A stretch of DNA of 64,000 nucleotides from Candidatus Nanoarchaeia archaeon (GTDB lineage Archaea > Nanobdellota > Nanobdellia > SCGC-AAA011-G17 > JAUYJU01), in assembly GCA_030700155.1 (NCBI GenBank), contig JAUYJU010000016.1:1188-65187 (forward strand). The letters are read 5' to 3'. Within the stretch, counting starts at the first letter, position 1. Each line of letters starts with the position of its first letter. A program made the position numbers and the translations under genes. The notes under the pieces were generated by a model. It did no database searches and was not told the origin of the DNA. It saw nothing but the letters and a program-made list of their open reading frames with translations. This document shows positions 41,506 to 52,175 of this stretch, in pieces.

Positions 41506-41877
41506 ATGAAAATTTCAAAGGCAGAATTAATATTAAGGATTGGTATTTTTGGAACTTTTTTGGGGCATGGTATTTTTGCTATTGGTGTAAAAGAAGCATG
41601 GTTGAAATATCTTAATTTTGTTGGCTTTACAGAATCAGCACCATTAATCCTTCAATTAATAGGTTATATAGATGTAATAGTTGCATTATTTGCTTTGTTT
41701 TTGCCATTGAATATGATTTTGATTTGGGCAACAATATGGGCTTTTGCAACTGCTTTAATAAGACCATTAACTGGCGAACCAATCTGGGATTTTGTAGAGA
41801 GAACTTCTAATTGGGCTGCGCCTTTGGCTCTTTACTTATTAAGAAATTTTAAGAATAAAGCTATTTTAAGAAAATAG
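41506..41877 (+). CDS. DoxX-family membrane protein
   Basis: 123 aa, 3-4 TM helices, N-terminal pattern similar to the 57153..57524 paralog. Confidence 0.4.
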   Translation: MKISKAELILRIGIFGTFLGHGIFAIGVKEAWLKYLNFVGFTESAPLILQLIGYIDVIVALFALFLPLNMILIWATIWAFATALIRPLTGEPIWDFVERTSNWAAPLALYLLRNFKNKAILRK

Positions 41878-42331
41878 CATTAGTCATTCCGCGTCTTCTT
41901 CTTTCTATTATTCCTTTTGACTCTAATTTGTCTAAAATCCTTGTTATTTTTACTTTACTAAAACCAGTTTCTTTTATTAAGTCGCTTTGATAAATACCAT
42001 TTTTATCTTTTAATAAGTTGTAAACATTTTTTTCTTCAGAATTTAATTTTGAGGTGTCCACTTTTATGGCTGCTTGTACAAGCTTTTTAGGTAATATCAT
42101 TGAAATGCCTGCGCCTAATCCCAAAACTACCACTATAATTGCTCCAATTAATAACCATGAAGATTTGCTTTCGTGAGCTGGACAATTATCTAAACTTAAA
42201 TTAGGGTCTGCTTCAACTAATTTACATAAATAAGCGCCTTGCTCATCCATGTCTGCTTTGACAAATAATAGTATAACTAACAATATCAAAGAAACTGCAA
42301 TCAATGAGTATCCTAAATTTTTGTTTGCCAT
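41861..42331 (-). CDS. Membrane-anchored winged-helix transcriptional regulator
   Basis: N-terminal TM helices + C-terminal YQSDLIKETGFSKVKITRILDKLESKGIIER (MarR/TrmB-like wHTH). Confidence 0.4.
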   Translation of the reverse strand: MANKNLGYSLIAVSLILLVILLFVKADMDEQGAYLCKLVEADPNLSLDNCPAHESKSSWLLIGAIIVVVLGLGAGISMILPKKLVQAAIKVDTSKLNSEEKNVYNLLKDKNGIYQSDLIKETGFSKVKITRILDKLESKGIIERRRRGMTNAIFLK

Positions 42332-42353
42332 ATTTAAAAAATAGTTTTGTGGT

Positions 42354-43010
42354 TTATATTACTTTCTTTTTAAACTTCTTATATGTTCTAGGCAGTAATA
42401 AAATACGCATTAAGAACAAAGCGACTAACAGTAATACTGCAAGAATAAATTTTATTGAAAAAATATTTGTTAAAGAACTACCTAAGTAAACATAAGCAAA
42501 TGTACCAGGTATAATTCCTATTGCTGTTCCTATGAAAAAATCTTTGAATTTGACTTTTGATAAACCAAATGTAAAATTAAGTAAGTTAAATGGGAATATT
42601 GGTATTAGTCTAAAAAACAATATTATTCCAAGACCTTTTTCTTCCAATTTTATATCTACTTCTTGTAATCTTTTTCCTAGAAGGCTTCTAATAAAATCAC
42701 GACCCATAATTCTTGCAATCCAAAAGGCTAAAGATGCGCCAATAGTTGCTCCAATTAGGGTATATATAGTACCTAACAAAGCACCAAAAGCAAGACCCCC
42801 TGTCAAAGAAAGTATGGAACCTGGAAAACCCAATACTGAACCGAATATATAAACTAATAAATAGATAATTGGAGCAATTGAACCGAAAGAAGTAATATAA
42901 TCACGCAATAATTGTGGTTTTGCATATTCACCGAAGCCCTTTGTTGTAAAAAACAGAGTAAATAATATAACTAAAATTATGAAAATTATGAATTTTGTTT
43001 TTGATTTCAT
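42354..43010 (-). CDS. DedA/TVP38 (SNARE-associated) family membrane protein
   Basis: GFPGSILSLTGG, FFRLIPIFPFNLLNFTFGLS family motifs. Confidence 0.7.
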   Translation of the reverse strand: MKSKTKFIIFIILVILFTLFFTTKGFGEYAKPQLLRDYITSFGSIAPIIYLLVYIFGSVLGFPGSILSLTGGLAFGALLGTIYTLIGATIGASLAFWIARIMGRDFIRSLLGKRLQEVDIKLEEKGLGIILFFRLIPIFPFNLLNFTFGLSKVKFKDFFIGTAIGIIPGTFAYVYLGSSLTNIFSIKFILAVLLLVALFLMRILLLPRTYKKFKKKVI

Positions 43011-43843
43011 CTTAATGACTCGTCGATTTGTTCCATCATGTTTTTAACTGCTGAGGGTTGATTAGGATTTAATCCTGTTTTGTAATAAGCATATTCCTCT
43101 GCAAAACCTTCTTCTTCACTAGTGTATGCATATTGTGAAGATAATAATTGATTCTCTTTTAATTGTTTGTACAAATCGCTCCAAATCTTTTTATTATTTT
43201 GATTATTCTGGAAAAGTACTTTGTAAATTGTATGTGCTATCTCATGATAAATTGTTTTGACATTTGTTGTATCTGAGTAAATAAATATTGTATCAAATAA
43301 CCCATTATATTGTCCAAGTACTACATTTTCTTCATATTTCTTTGATTCATCTCTGAAATAAATAAAGGCTATACCTAATTTGGTATAATCCTCTTCGTCA
43401 TCTTCAACTTGTTTCCATAATGGTCTGAATAATTCAAATATCTTGGAGTTATCATATAATATTAAAGTTTCTCCATAATTTTCTGAAATTAGATTTCCTG
43501 TTTTGTCTAAATCTGAAAGAACATCTCTTAATCTGCTGATGCTTTCTTCCTGAGACTTAGTGACTTCAGTTAATTCCTCTATCTTATTTTCAGATTCTTT
43601 TATTTCTCTTTCTTTATCTGCTATCTCAAACTGATAACCTACAATCTGGGATTTAAGATCCTTTATATTTGAGTTTAAATTAAGAATTTCTGATTCTTTT
43701 TGAGATAAATTGTTTTGAGTAGAAAGAAGCTCTGTTACGGTCTGATTAAGTTCAATTTTTGTTTGATATAGACCATTACCTAAGAAACCTGCGCTAGCAA
43801 TAAGCACTACAATAAAAAAGGTTGTTAGGTGTTTCATTTTCAC
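43007..43843 (-). CDS. Membrane-anchored coiled-coil protein with C-terminal HExxH (putative zincin-like metallopeptidase)
   Basis: TM, ~100-aa coiled coil, then IYHEIAHTIY ...EEGFAEEYA. Confidence 0.3.
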   Translation of the reverse strand: MKMKHLTTFFIVVLIASAGFLGNGLYQTKIELNQTVTELLSTQNNLSQKESEILNLNSNIKDLKSQIVGYQFEIADKEREIKESENKIEELTEVTKSQEESISRLRDVLSDLDKTGNLISENYGETLILYDNSKIFELFRPLWKQVEDDEEDYTKLGIAFIYFRDESKKYEENVVLGQYNGLFDTIFIYSDTTNVKTIYHEIAHTIYKVLFQNNQNNKKIWSDLYKQLKENQLLSSQYAYTSEEEGFAEEYAYYKTGLNPNQPSAVKNMMEQIDESLR

Positions 43844-43904
43844 TTATATTTACACGAAAGTTATTTAAATGCTTTATCTTTAAGGTTTATCAAGGAGAGG
43901 TGAA

Positions 43905-45050
43905 ATGGTACATATTTCTGAGAGAGAACAGGATTTGCCTGAGGCATTAATAGCTGAATTATTAGATATAGCTGCTGAAAGAAAAGATGTTATTTCTTTA
44001 GGTCCTGGTGAACCTGATTTTATTACTCCAAAACCCATACTGGATTATGCTTCTAAGATACTTAACAAATCCACACATTATAGCGCTAGTCCTGGAAAAA
44101 CTGAATTAAGAGAAGCTATTGCTAAAAAATTAAGGAAAGAAAATAAGATTAAATGCGATATTGATAATATTGTGGTAGGTGCAGGAAGCCAGGAAGTTTT
44201 ATTTTCTGCTTTTTTAGCTACTTTAGATGTAAGTGAACAAGTTATTGTTCCGACTCCAGGTTATTTGGGGTATATTCCGGCAATTGAATTAGTAAATGCT
44301 GTTCCTGTTTCGGTTCCTTTATTTGAAGAAAATGATTTTGAATTGAATCCAGATGACTTGAAGAAAATTATTGATAAGAAAAAAACAAAAGTAATCTTAA
44401 TAAATACTCCATCTAATCCTACTGGAACTGTTTTCAGTAAAAAAGTTTTAGAGGAAGTTGCTGATATTGCAATTGAGAATGACTGCTACATCTTTGCTGA
44501 TGAAGCTTATGAGAAAATTGTTTATGATAAAAAACATATTTCTGTAGGTTCTTTAGAAGGGATGGAAGATCATGTTGTAACTTTCCAAAGTTTTTCAAAA
44601 ACTTATGCTATGACTGGATTCAGAGTAGGATATGCATGCGGTCCTGAAGCTGTTATTAGAGCAATAACTAAATCAAAACATTATGTTTCTTTAGCGCCTC
44701 CGCATGTTTCACAATTTTTAGCTATGAAAGCCTTGACTATTCCAAATTCTTATATTAATAAAATGGTATCTGAGTATAGGGAAAGAAGAAATTTTTTAGT
44801 TAAAAGATTAAATAAGCTTGGCTTAACCACTCCAATGCCACAAGGAGCTTTCTATGCTTTTTCAAATGTAAAGCATTTAACTTCAAGTAGTTTAGAGTTT
44901 GCTAAGAAAATATTAAAAGAAGCTAAAGTTGCTGTTGTTCCAGGAACAGATTTTGGAAGAGATGGCGAAGGTTATATAAGGTTTAGTTATGCTACTAAAT
45001 TACCATTGATTAAAAGAGCTATGGATAGAATTGAGAGGTTTTTGAAATGA
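43905..45050 (+). CDS. Class I/II pyridoxal-phosphate aminotransferase (aspartate aminotransferase-like)
   Basis: PLP-lysine region SFSKTYAMTGFRVGY; ILINTPSNPTG. Confidence 0.8.
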   Translation: MVHISEREQDLPEALIAELLDIAAERKDVISLGPGEPDFITPKPILDYASKILNKSTHYSASPGKTELREAIAKKLRKENKIKCDIDNIVVGAGSQEVLFSAFLATLDVSEQVIVPTPGYLGYIPAIELVNAVPVSVPLFEENDFELNPDDLKKIIDKKKTKVILINTPSNPTGTVFSKKVLEEVADIAIENDCYIFADEAYEKIVYDKKHISVGSLEGMEDHVVTFQSFSKTYAMTGFRVGYACGPEAVIRAITKSKHYVSLAPPHVSQFLAMKALTIPNSYINKMVSEYRERRNFLVKRLNKLGLTTPMPQGAFYAFSNVKHLTSSSLEFAKKILKEAKVAVVPGTDFGRDGEGYIRFSYATKLPLIKRAMDRIERFLK

Positions 45051-45343
45051 AAGTTGAAACAAGAGAAGGGAAATTAGTAACTTTTGATCAGACAAGGATA
45101 ACTTTAACTGTTGAAAGGGCTTTAGAGTTCATGAAAGTTCCTGACTATAAAAAAATAGCCAAAAAGTTAAGTGATCAGGTTACTAAAGAGATAAAAATAA
45201 AATTTCAAGATAAATCTCCGCATGTTGAAAAAATACAGGATATGATTGAGAAAACTTTGATAAAAGAAGGGCATGCCAAGATAGCTAAAGTTTATGTTGT
45301 ATATAGGGAAAGGCATGAGAATAACAACAAGAAAAAACGTTGA
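45047..45343 (+). CDS. Small ATP-cone-like domain protein (tentative)
   Basis: KVETREGKLVTFDQTRITLTVERAL resembles ATP-cone N-terminal pattern. Weak. Confidence 0.25.
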   Translation: MKVETREGKLVTFDQTRITLTVERALEFMKVPDYKKIAKKLSDQVTKEIKIKFQDKSPHVEKIQDMIEKTLIKEGHAKIAKVYVVYRERHENNNKKKR

Positions 45344-45388
45344 ATTCTTCAACAAAACTTATTTAAATGCTAATAAATTATATAGCTT

Positions 45389-46333
45389 ATGCCAAAAAAA
45401 GAGATTTATGATGTAATCATCATAGGTAGTGGAATTGCTGCACATTCTGCAGCAGTTTATCTTTCTAGAGCTGCTTTAAAACCTCTAATTATAGGCGCTC
45501 CTGAACCAGATCAATTGAGCTTGACAACTGTTGTTGAAAATTATCCTGGATTTCCTAATGGAATAATGGGGCCTGAACTTATTGAAAATTGCAAGAAACA
45601 AGCACAAAAATTTGGAGCTGAATATAAAACTGCATGGGTAACTTCTTTTAAAAAATCTGGGAAAAATTATGAAGTTGGAACTGATAAAGAAAGGTTTGTT
45701 ACAAGAACTGTAATAATTTCTACTGGTGCCTCTGCAAGATGGCTTGGTGTTAAAGGTGAAGATAAATACAAAGGAAAGGGTATAAGCACTTGTGCGGTAT
45801 GTGATGCTGCTCTTTTCAGAGATAAAGAAGTTATAGTTATTGGTGGCGGTGATTCTGCTATGGAAGAAACCCTTGCTTTATATAAATTTGCCAAAAAAAT
45901 AACCATAATCCATAGGAGAGATAGTTTTAGAGCAAGTAAAATAATGCAAGCTAGAGTTTTAAAATTAAATGATAAAATAAAAATTATTTGGGATTCTGAA
46001 ATAGTTGAGATTACTGGAAATAAATTTGTTGAGGGTGCTAAAATCAAGAATATTAAAACAAATAAAAAAAGTGAAATTAAATGTCAAGGAGTATTTTTAG
46101 CTATAGGACACACCCCAAATACGAAAATCTTTGAAAAATTAATTAAATTGGATAAATTAGGTTATGTTGTAACTGATAAAAGAATTAATACTAATCTACC
46201 AGGGGTTTTTGCTGCTGGTGATGTTCAGGATTTTATCTATAAACAAGCTGTTACTTCTGCAGGAACTGGATGTATGGCTGCTTTAGAGGCTGAAAAATAC
46301 ATTGAAAATTTGAAGGCTATTGGTGAATATTAA
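45389..46333 (+). CDS. trxB: Thioredoxin-disulfide reductase
   Basis: FAD motif IIIGSGIAAHSAA, redox CAVCD, NAD(P) motif VIGGGDSA. Confidence 0.8.
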   Translation: MPKKEIYDVIIIGSGIAAHSAAVYLSRAALKPLIIGAPEPDQLSLTTVVENYPGFPNGIMGPELIENCKKQAQKFGAEYKTAWVTSFKKSGKNYEVGTDKERFVTRTVIISTGASARWLGVKGEDKYKGKGISTCAVCDAALFRDKEVIVIGGGDSAMEETLALYKFAKKITIIHRRDSFRASKIMQARVLKLNDKIKIIWDSEIVEITGNKFVEGAKIKNIKTNKKSEIKCQGVFLAIGHTPNTKIFEKLIKLDKLGYVVTDKRINTNLPGVFAAGDVQDFIYKQAVTSAGTGCMAALEAEKYIENLKAIGEY

Positions 46334-47439
46334 TGGATGAAATGTACGATGCATTTGGGCCTGAAAAAATATTAGAAGTATATCATCCTCGCTTAGGAAT
46401 GAAAGGTTTTGTAGTTATTGATTCAACTGCTAGAGGTCCTGGAAAAGGTGGGATAAGGATGACTCCTACAGTTTCTAAAGAAGAAGTTTTCAGATTAGCT
46501 AGGACAATGACTTGGAAGAATGCTATGGCTGATTTGCCTTTTGGTGGAGCTAAAGGAGGAATAATTGCTGACAATAGGGGATTAACAACTAAACAAAAAG
46601 ATGGACTTGTAAAATCATTTGGAGAAGCAATGAGAATTGTTAGTCCTGATTTATGGGTTGCTGCTCCTGATATGAATATGGCTGAGCATGAAATGGAAGT
46701 TTTCTCTAAAGCTGTGGGTTCTAGGAAAGCTTGTACTGGAAAACCTAAGAGACTTGGTGGAATTCCTCATGAATTGGGAAGTACTGGTTTTGGAATTTAT
46801 CATGCCGTTGTTGTTGCATTGAAACATATGAAAAAAGATATTAAGAAAATTACTTTTGCTGTTGAAGGTTTTGGAAATGTTGGATTTTTTGTTACTAAAT
46901 TTATGTGCGAAGCTGGTGCTAAATTAGTTGGAGTTTCAGATTCACGCGGATTGTTAGTGGATAAAGAAGGAATTAATTTCAATAAATTAGCTAATATAAA
47001 GAAAAAACAAGGTAGTGTAACTAAATATCCTGGAAAAGTTTTACCTGGACATGAAATATTAAAATTAGATGTTGATGTTATCATTACTGCTGCAGTTCCT
47101 GATCTTATAAAACCTGGGGATGTTGATAATATTAAAGCTAAATTAATTGTTTGTGGCTCTAATATTGCAATGACAAATGAAACTGAAGAAAGTTTGTATA
47201 AACATAAAATTTTAGTAGTTCCTGATTTTGTAGCTAATGCTGGGGGGGTTATATCTTCTTATGTGGAATATATAGGTGGTAGTGTTAATAAGATGTGGAA
47301 ACTAGTTGAAAGCAAGATTAAGAATAATACTGCTTTAGTTTTAAAAAATTCTGTTAGTAAAAAAATATCTCCAAGAGAAGCTGCAATGAGGATAGTTAAG
47401 GAAAGAGTTTTAAAAAAGTGTAAGATTTGTAAAATATAA
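46333..47439 (+). CDS. Glu/Leu/Phe/Val-family amino-acid dehydrogenase (short form)
   Basis: GPGKGGIRM and FGGAKGGI catalytic glycine-rich motifs; Rossmann GFGNVG. Confidence 0.75.
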   Translation: MDEMYDAFGPEKILEVYHPRLGMKGFVVIDSTARGPGKGGIRMTPTVSKEEVFRLARTMTWKNAMADLPFGGAKGGIIADNRGLTTKQKDGLVKSFGEAMRIVSPDLWVAAPDMNMAEHEMEVFSKAVGSRKACTGKPKRLGGIPHELGSTGFGIYHAVVVALKHMKKDIKKITFAVEGFGNVGFFVTKFMCEAGAKLVGVSDSRGLLVDKEGINFNKLANIKKKQGSVTKYPGKVLPGHEILKLDVDVIITAAVPDLIKPGDVDNIKAKLIVCGSNIAMTNETEESLYKHKILVVPDFVANAGGVISSYVEYIGGSVNKMWKLVESKIKNNTALVLKNSVSKKISPREAAMRIVKERVLKKCKICKI

Positions 47440-47753
47440 TGGCAAAGGTTATTATCGAGCATTTCTATTGGGCAGGTAAATGGGGTCTTTTTAAGATTAA
47501 AACGCACTGTAATGAATGTGATTTAACTAATTCCATTCTTGATAGTTTAATGAAGAAAGAATTTAAAGGTAAATCTGTTGAGCTTGTTGTGAAACCTTGG
47601 TTAGATAATTGGATTTATTGTCTATTTAGATCTACTTGGCATCCACCAATAATTATTGTGAATGGAAAACGGTTTTTTAATCATAGCCATAAGAATCCTT
47701 TAGTTAATAGGAATAAATTAAGAAATTACGTTCTTAATTTGATTAAAGCTTAG
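47439..47753 (+). CDS. Hypothetical protein
   Basis: 104-aa ORF, no family recognised. Confidence 0.25.
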   Translation: MAKVIIEHFYWAGKWGLFKIKTHCNECDLTNSILDSLMKKEFKGKSVELVVKPWLDNWIYCLFRSTWHPPIIIVNGKRFFNHSHKNPLVNRNKLRNYVLNLIKA

Positions 47754-49002
47754 CATTAATCTTTTTTGGATCGCCTAGTAATTCTATCAGCCTATTAGCG
47801 AACCTTGCTGCTTCTGCACCATCTAAAATTCTATGATCAAAAGTTAATGAGAATGGCATTAGTTTTCTTATTTCTAAAGCTCCGTGAACTACAACAGGTT
47901 CTTCTTGTATTTTTCCTAAAGCTAATATTGCGGCTTCTGGATAATTAATTATCGGGGTTGCAAATAAACCCCCTAAAGAACCAACATTAGTAATTGTAAA
48001 TGTACTTCCTTTAAGATCTTGTAAATCAATCTTTCTTGTTCTTGCTTTGTCTGCTAATTCTGAAATTTCTTTTGCTATCTGCAACATGTTTTTTTGATCT
48101 GCACCTTTAACAACTGGAACCATTAATCCGTCTTCTGTGTCAACTGCAATTCCTAAATTATAATATTTTTTAATTATTATTTCAGAAGTTTCTTCATCTA
48201 TAGAAGAATTTAAGGTTGGATGTTCTTTTAGGGTTTGAATTAATGCTTTAATAATATAAGGCATAAAAGTAATTTTTATATTTTTCTTTTCAGCTTGAAG
48301 TTTATCTGATTTTCTTATTTCCCATAATTTTGTAACATCTGCTTTATCCATATGAGTTACATGAGGAATCTTTGTTGCAGAAGTAACCATATTATTTGCA
48401 ATTGTTCTTCTTATTCCTTTTAATTGGATTCTGTCAACGTAACCGTACATATCATATTTCTTAACTTTTTTAGGACCTTCTTCTTGTGATTTTATGTAAG
48501 AAGCAATAGCAGCATCTTGTGCAGTTATTCCTGAAGAACCTTTAGCAACATCTGCCATTGTAATAATTCCATTAGGACCTGAACCCTTAATTTTGGATAA
48601 ATCAATTCCGTGCTGAGATGCATAAACACGAACTGCTGGAAGTGCTCTTACACCTACTATTTTAGATATAGACTTAGATTGTACTGGTGCAGGCAAAACT
48701 GCTCCTGCTTCTGCAAATTCTCCTATAACTGAAACTGATTTTTTCTCTTTTTTAATTTCTCCTTTAACTTCAAATGTAACTAAAGTTGAACCAACTTTTA
48801 TCACTTGACCTTGTTTAGCTCCTAAAGATTTAACTTTTCCAGAAACAGGTGATGGGATTTCAACTACTGCTTTATCAGTTTCAATTTCAGCAATAACTTG
48901 GTTTTCTTTTACTGATTGTCCAGGTTTTATTTTCCATTTTACTATTTCTCCTTCTGTTATTCCTTCTCCAACATCAGGAAACTTAAATTCATAAATACCC
49001 AT
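47743..49002 (-). CDS. 2-oxoacid dehydrogenase E2 (dihydrolipoamide acyltransferase; lipoyl + catalytic domains)
   Basis: Lipoyl-lysine region IAEIETDKAVVEIPSP; catalytic SLTFDHRILDGAEAARF. Confidence 0.85.
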   Translation of the reverse strand: MGIYEFKFPDVGEGITEGEIVKWKIKPGQSVKENQVIAEIETDKAVVEIPSPVSGKVKSLGAKQGQVIKVGSTLVTFEVKGEIKKEKKSVSVIGEFAEAGAVLPAPVQSKSISKIVGVRALPAVRVYASQHGIDLSKIKGSGPNGIITMADVAKGSSGITAQDAAIASYIKSQEEGPKKVKKYDMYGYVDRIQLKGIRRTIANNMVTSATKIPHVTHMDKADVTKLWEIRKSDKLQAEKKNIKITFMPYIIKALIQTLKEHPTLNSSIDEETSEIIIKKYYNLGIAVDTEDGLMVPVVKGADQKNMLQIAKEISELADKARTRKIDLQDLKGSTFTITNVGSLGGLFATPIINYPEAAILALGKIQEEPVVVHGALEIRKLMPFSLTFDHRILDGAEAARFANRLIELLGDPKKINAKL

Positions 49003-49970
49003 TAATAACTCACCACTTTTTGAACTGCTTTTTCTATTCTTTTAATATTAGGCAGATAATAATTCTCCATCTTTGCCAAAGGAAATACTGTATCAAAACC
49101 TGTTACTCTTTCTATTGGAGCTTCTAAACTAAATAAAGCTTTCTCATTTATTTGTGAAACAATCTCTGCTCCAAAACCTCCAGTTCTTGCTGCTTCATGA
49201 ACTATAATTACTCGACCTGTTTTTTGAACTGAATTTATAATTGTTTGAATATCAAAAGGAACTATTGTTCTTAAATCAATAACTTCTATTGATATATCTT
49301 TAGATCTTGCTGCTGCTGATAAAGATGGAACTGTCATTGAACCCCAAGTGATTATTGTTACATCTGAACCTTCTTTTCTTACTTCTGCTTTTCCTAATGG
49401 AACTGTGAATTCTTTATTTGGAACTTCTTGTTTTATTGATCTGTAAATCTTTTTTGGTTCTAAAAAAATAACGGGGTCTGGATCTCTTATTGATGAAATT
49501 AATAATCCTTTAGCATCATAAGGTGTTGAAGGTATTACCACTTTTAATCCTGGAGTGTGAGCTAAAATTGCTTCTGTTGATTCTGCATGATGTTCTAAAG
49601 CTCTTATTCCCCCGCCATACGGTACACGAACTACCATTTGACAGTTATATTCTCCTCTTGTTCTGTTTCTGTATCTTGAAGCATGTGAAATTAATTGATC
49701 AAATCCTGGATAAAGAAAACCCATAAATTGTATTTCTGCTACTGGTTTTAAACCTGATAAAGCTAAACCAACTGAAGACCCTATAATCCCTGATTCAGCT
49801 AATGGTGTATCTATAACTCTGTCTTTGAATTTTTTATATAATCCATCAGTTACTCTAAAAACCCCTCCGTCTTTGCCAACGTCTTCTCCTAGAACTACAA
49901 CTTTCTTGTCTTTTTTCATCTCCTCGTGGAAAGCTTTGTTTAATGCTTCCACCATATTCATTGCTGGCAT
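49002..49970 (-). CDS. 2-oxoacid dehydrogenase E1 beta subunit
   Basis: Transketolase-like pyrimidine-binding and C-terminal domains. Start placed at internal Met (MPAMNMVEAL), adjacent to lplA stop; track ORF extends to 50063. Confidence 0.8.
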   Translation of the reverse strand: MPAMNMVEALNKAFHEEMKKDKKVVVLGEDVGKDGGVFRVTDGLYKKFKDRVIDTPLAESGIIGSSVGLALSGLKPVAEIQFMGFLYPGFDQLISHASRYRNRTRGEYNCQMVVRVPYGGGIRALEHHAESTEAILAHTPGLKVVIPSTPYDAKGLLISSIRDPDPVIFLEPKKIYRSIKQEVPNKEFTVPLGKAEVRKEGSDVTIITWGSMTVPSLSAAARSKDISIEVIDLRTIVPFDIQTIINSVQKTGRVIIVHEAARTGGFGAEIVSQINEKALFSLEAPIERVTGFDTVFPLAKMENYYLPNIKRIEKAVQKVVSY

Positions 49971-49971
49971 T

Positions 49972-50775
49972 TTAAAGACCCCTAAGAGAACCTCTTGGCT
50001 CCCCTTTGGATAGCCAACACAATCCTCTTTTTGAAGTTCCTTCATACCAATTTGGATTATCATATTTTTGTTTTAAAAATAGAATCTCTAATTTTTCTTC
50101 TGGAGTTAAACTTCCTATGTCATAATTTCCTTTGGTTAATGTTTTTGTTAAAGTTTTAGTTATATCCTCCATTCTAATTTTAGGATTTAACTCTTTTACA
50201 GAAGTTAATCTTTCTCTTAATTGAGCAATATCTGCTTGGTTATACATATTAGGATCCATAATCCCCACCATAATCTCTGGGGGATGAGAATCATAGATTA
50301 TAATCCCATGTTGAGTTAATCCACCTTTATCAAGACGTAACGCATTTCCAGAAATTTTTTTATCTCCAATGAAAAAATCATTTTTATTATCTATTTTTAC
50401 TTCCATACCTAATTCTTTTAATGCTTCAGCAATATATCCACAGAATCTTTCGTAAACCTGAGTGGTGTTTAATCCATTTGATGGGGAAAATAAACTATAT
50501 GAGACATCTTTCTCTCCAAGATGAAGCACTGCCCTTCCTCCGCCGTTGGTTCTTACTACTTTTAATCCATGACGTTTGCATGCTTCAAGGTTTAAATCAG
50601 AAATAGCTTGAGGTTTACCTATAGATACTGAAGGTTTCCAGTGATAAAACATTAATGTCGGAGGACTTTGTCCTTGTGCAACCCTATTATGCAGAACTTC
50701 TTCAATAGCCACAATCTCTGCAGCATCTCTTATTTCCGGCAAGATAACGCGCCACATCATTTCATCCAAACTCAT
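49972..50775 (-). CDS. lplA: Lipoate-protein ligase A
   Basis: BPL/LPL catalytic domain with KISGNALR lipoyl-AMP lysine motif. Confidence 0.6.
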   Translation of the reverse strand: MSLDEMMWRVILPEIRDAAEIVAIEEVLHNRVAQGQSPPTLMFYHWKPSVSIGKPQAISDLNLEACKRHGLKVVRTNGGGRAVLHLGEKDVSYSLFSPSNGLNTTQVYERFCGYIAEALKELGMEVKIDNKNDFFIGDKKISGNALRLDKGGLTQHGIIIYDSHPPEIMVGIMDPNMYNQADIAQLRERLTSVKELNPKIRMEDITKTLTKTLTKGNYDIGSLTPEEKLEILFLKQKYDNPNWYEGTSKRGLCWLSKGEPRGSLRGL

Positions 50776-51845
50776 TCACCCTCACCTAAAGATTCTTTAA
50801 GGTCTTGTAATTGTTCCTGTAAATTCCATGGCATTTCCTTGTACATATATTGGAACATGTCCTCTGGTTTCATTGTAGAGACTGATTCGAATTTTTTAAC
50901 TGCTTTTTCAACTTTTATTTCTGCATCTTTCAATATTTTTTTATTTTCTTTTTCTGTCAAGAAATTATTTTTAAGCATATAATTCTTTAGCCTTAGAACA
51001 GGGTCTTTTTTTGACCAAGCATCAACTTCTTTTTTTGTTCTGTAGCGTGTCCAATCATCAGCTGTAGTGTGATGAGATAACCTGTAGGTTACGCATTCTA
51101 TAAAATAAGGGCCTTTTCCAGATTTAACGTGTTTCATTGCTTCCTGTGTTGCCTTGTAAACTGCAAATATGTCGTTGCCGTCAACTTGTATTCCTGGGAA
51201 ACCATAAGCTATTGCTTTTTGGGCTAAAGTTTTTGATGCTGTCTGTTGTTCTCTTGGAATTGAAATAGCATATTGATTATTCTGGCAAATAAAAATAACT
51301 GGAAGATTGAAAACCCCTGCAAAGTTCATAGATTCATGAAAATCTCCTTCTGAAGTTCCTCCGTCACCAAAATAAGTAACTACAGTAGCTTTTTTCTTTT
51401 GTATTTTATTTCCCCATGCAAAACCGACGGCATGTAAGTTATGCGTTGAAACTGGAACAGAGGTTGGAAAACATTTTTGTTTTGCTGAAACATTACCACG
51501 TTCGTCTCCTGCATAATATAAGTATAATTTTTCCATTGGAACTCCACGAAGAATTAATGCTGCGTGTTCTCTAAATGAAGGAAATATCCAAGTAGATTTA
51601 TCAAAAGCGTAAGCGCTTCCAACTTGAGAAGCTTCTTGTCCTAAAATTGAAGGATAAGTTGCAATTCTTCCTTGCCTTTGTAAATTTAAAGCACGATTAT
51701 CAAATTGTCTTCCAAGTATCATGGCTTTGTATAAATCTTTAATCTGTTTTTTAGAAAGTTTTGGCATTAAGTTTTTATCACAATTTCCTTTTTCATCAAG
51801 AACTTGTAAATACTCTACTTTGAACTCTCCCACCACTTTTTTCAT
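50772..51845 (-). CDS. 2-oxoacid dehydrogenase E1 alpha subunit (TPP-dependent)
   Basis: TPP-binding YFGDGGTSEGDFHESMNFAG. Confidence 0.8.
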   Translation of the reverse strand: MKKVVGEFKVEYLQVLDEKGNCDKNLMPKLSKKQIKDLYKAMILGRQFDNRALNLQRQGRIATYPSILGQEASQVGSAYAFDKSTWIFPSFREHAALILRGVPMEKLYLYYAGDERGNVSAKQKCFPTSVPVSTHNLHAVGFAWGNKIQKKKATVVTYFGDGGTSEGDFHESMNFAGVFNLPVIFICQNNQYAISIPREQQTASKTLAQKAIAYGFPGIQVDGNDIFAVYKATQEAMKHVKSGKGPYFIECVTYRLSHHTTADDWTRYRTKKEVDAWSKKDPVLRLKNYMLKNNFLTEKENKKILKDAEIKVEKAVKKFESVSTMKPEDMFQYMYKEMPWNLQEQLQDLKESLGEGE

Positions 51846-51855
51846 TATCTAAAAC

Positions 51856-52119
51856 TTATTTAGCCCAAGCTTTTAATTTTGAATATGGAACTGCTCCACA
51901 AATCCATTTGTCATTATTTTCATTATAGAAAAATGGTACTCCGCCACAATAACCTTTATCTAAATCTTTTAGTAATTTGGCATTTTTAGAATTGTGCCAT
52001 ACTTCTAATTTTGTAACTTTAACTTTTAGTTCTTTTTCTAGTTTAGTTATCAATGGTTCCATCTCATGACAATGCGGACATTCACGTCCTGTAAAAAAAA
52101 GTAACCTCTTTTTTGCCAT
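51856..52119 (-). CDS. Thioredoxin/glutaredoxin-like small redox protein
   Basis: CPHC active site, 87 aa. Confidence 0.5.
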   Translation of the reverse strand: MAKKRLLFFTGRECPHCHEMEPLITKLEKELKVKVTKLEVWHNSKNAKLLKDLDKGYCGGVPFFYNENNDKWICGAVPYSKLKAWAK

Positions 52120-52175
52120 TTTATCACCTAAAATAGTATATTTTTATTATCTTTATATAGTTTTTGTTAAAGAAT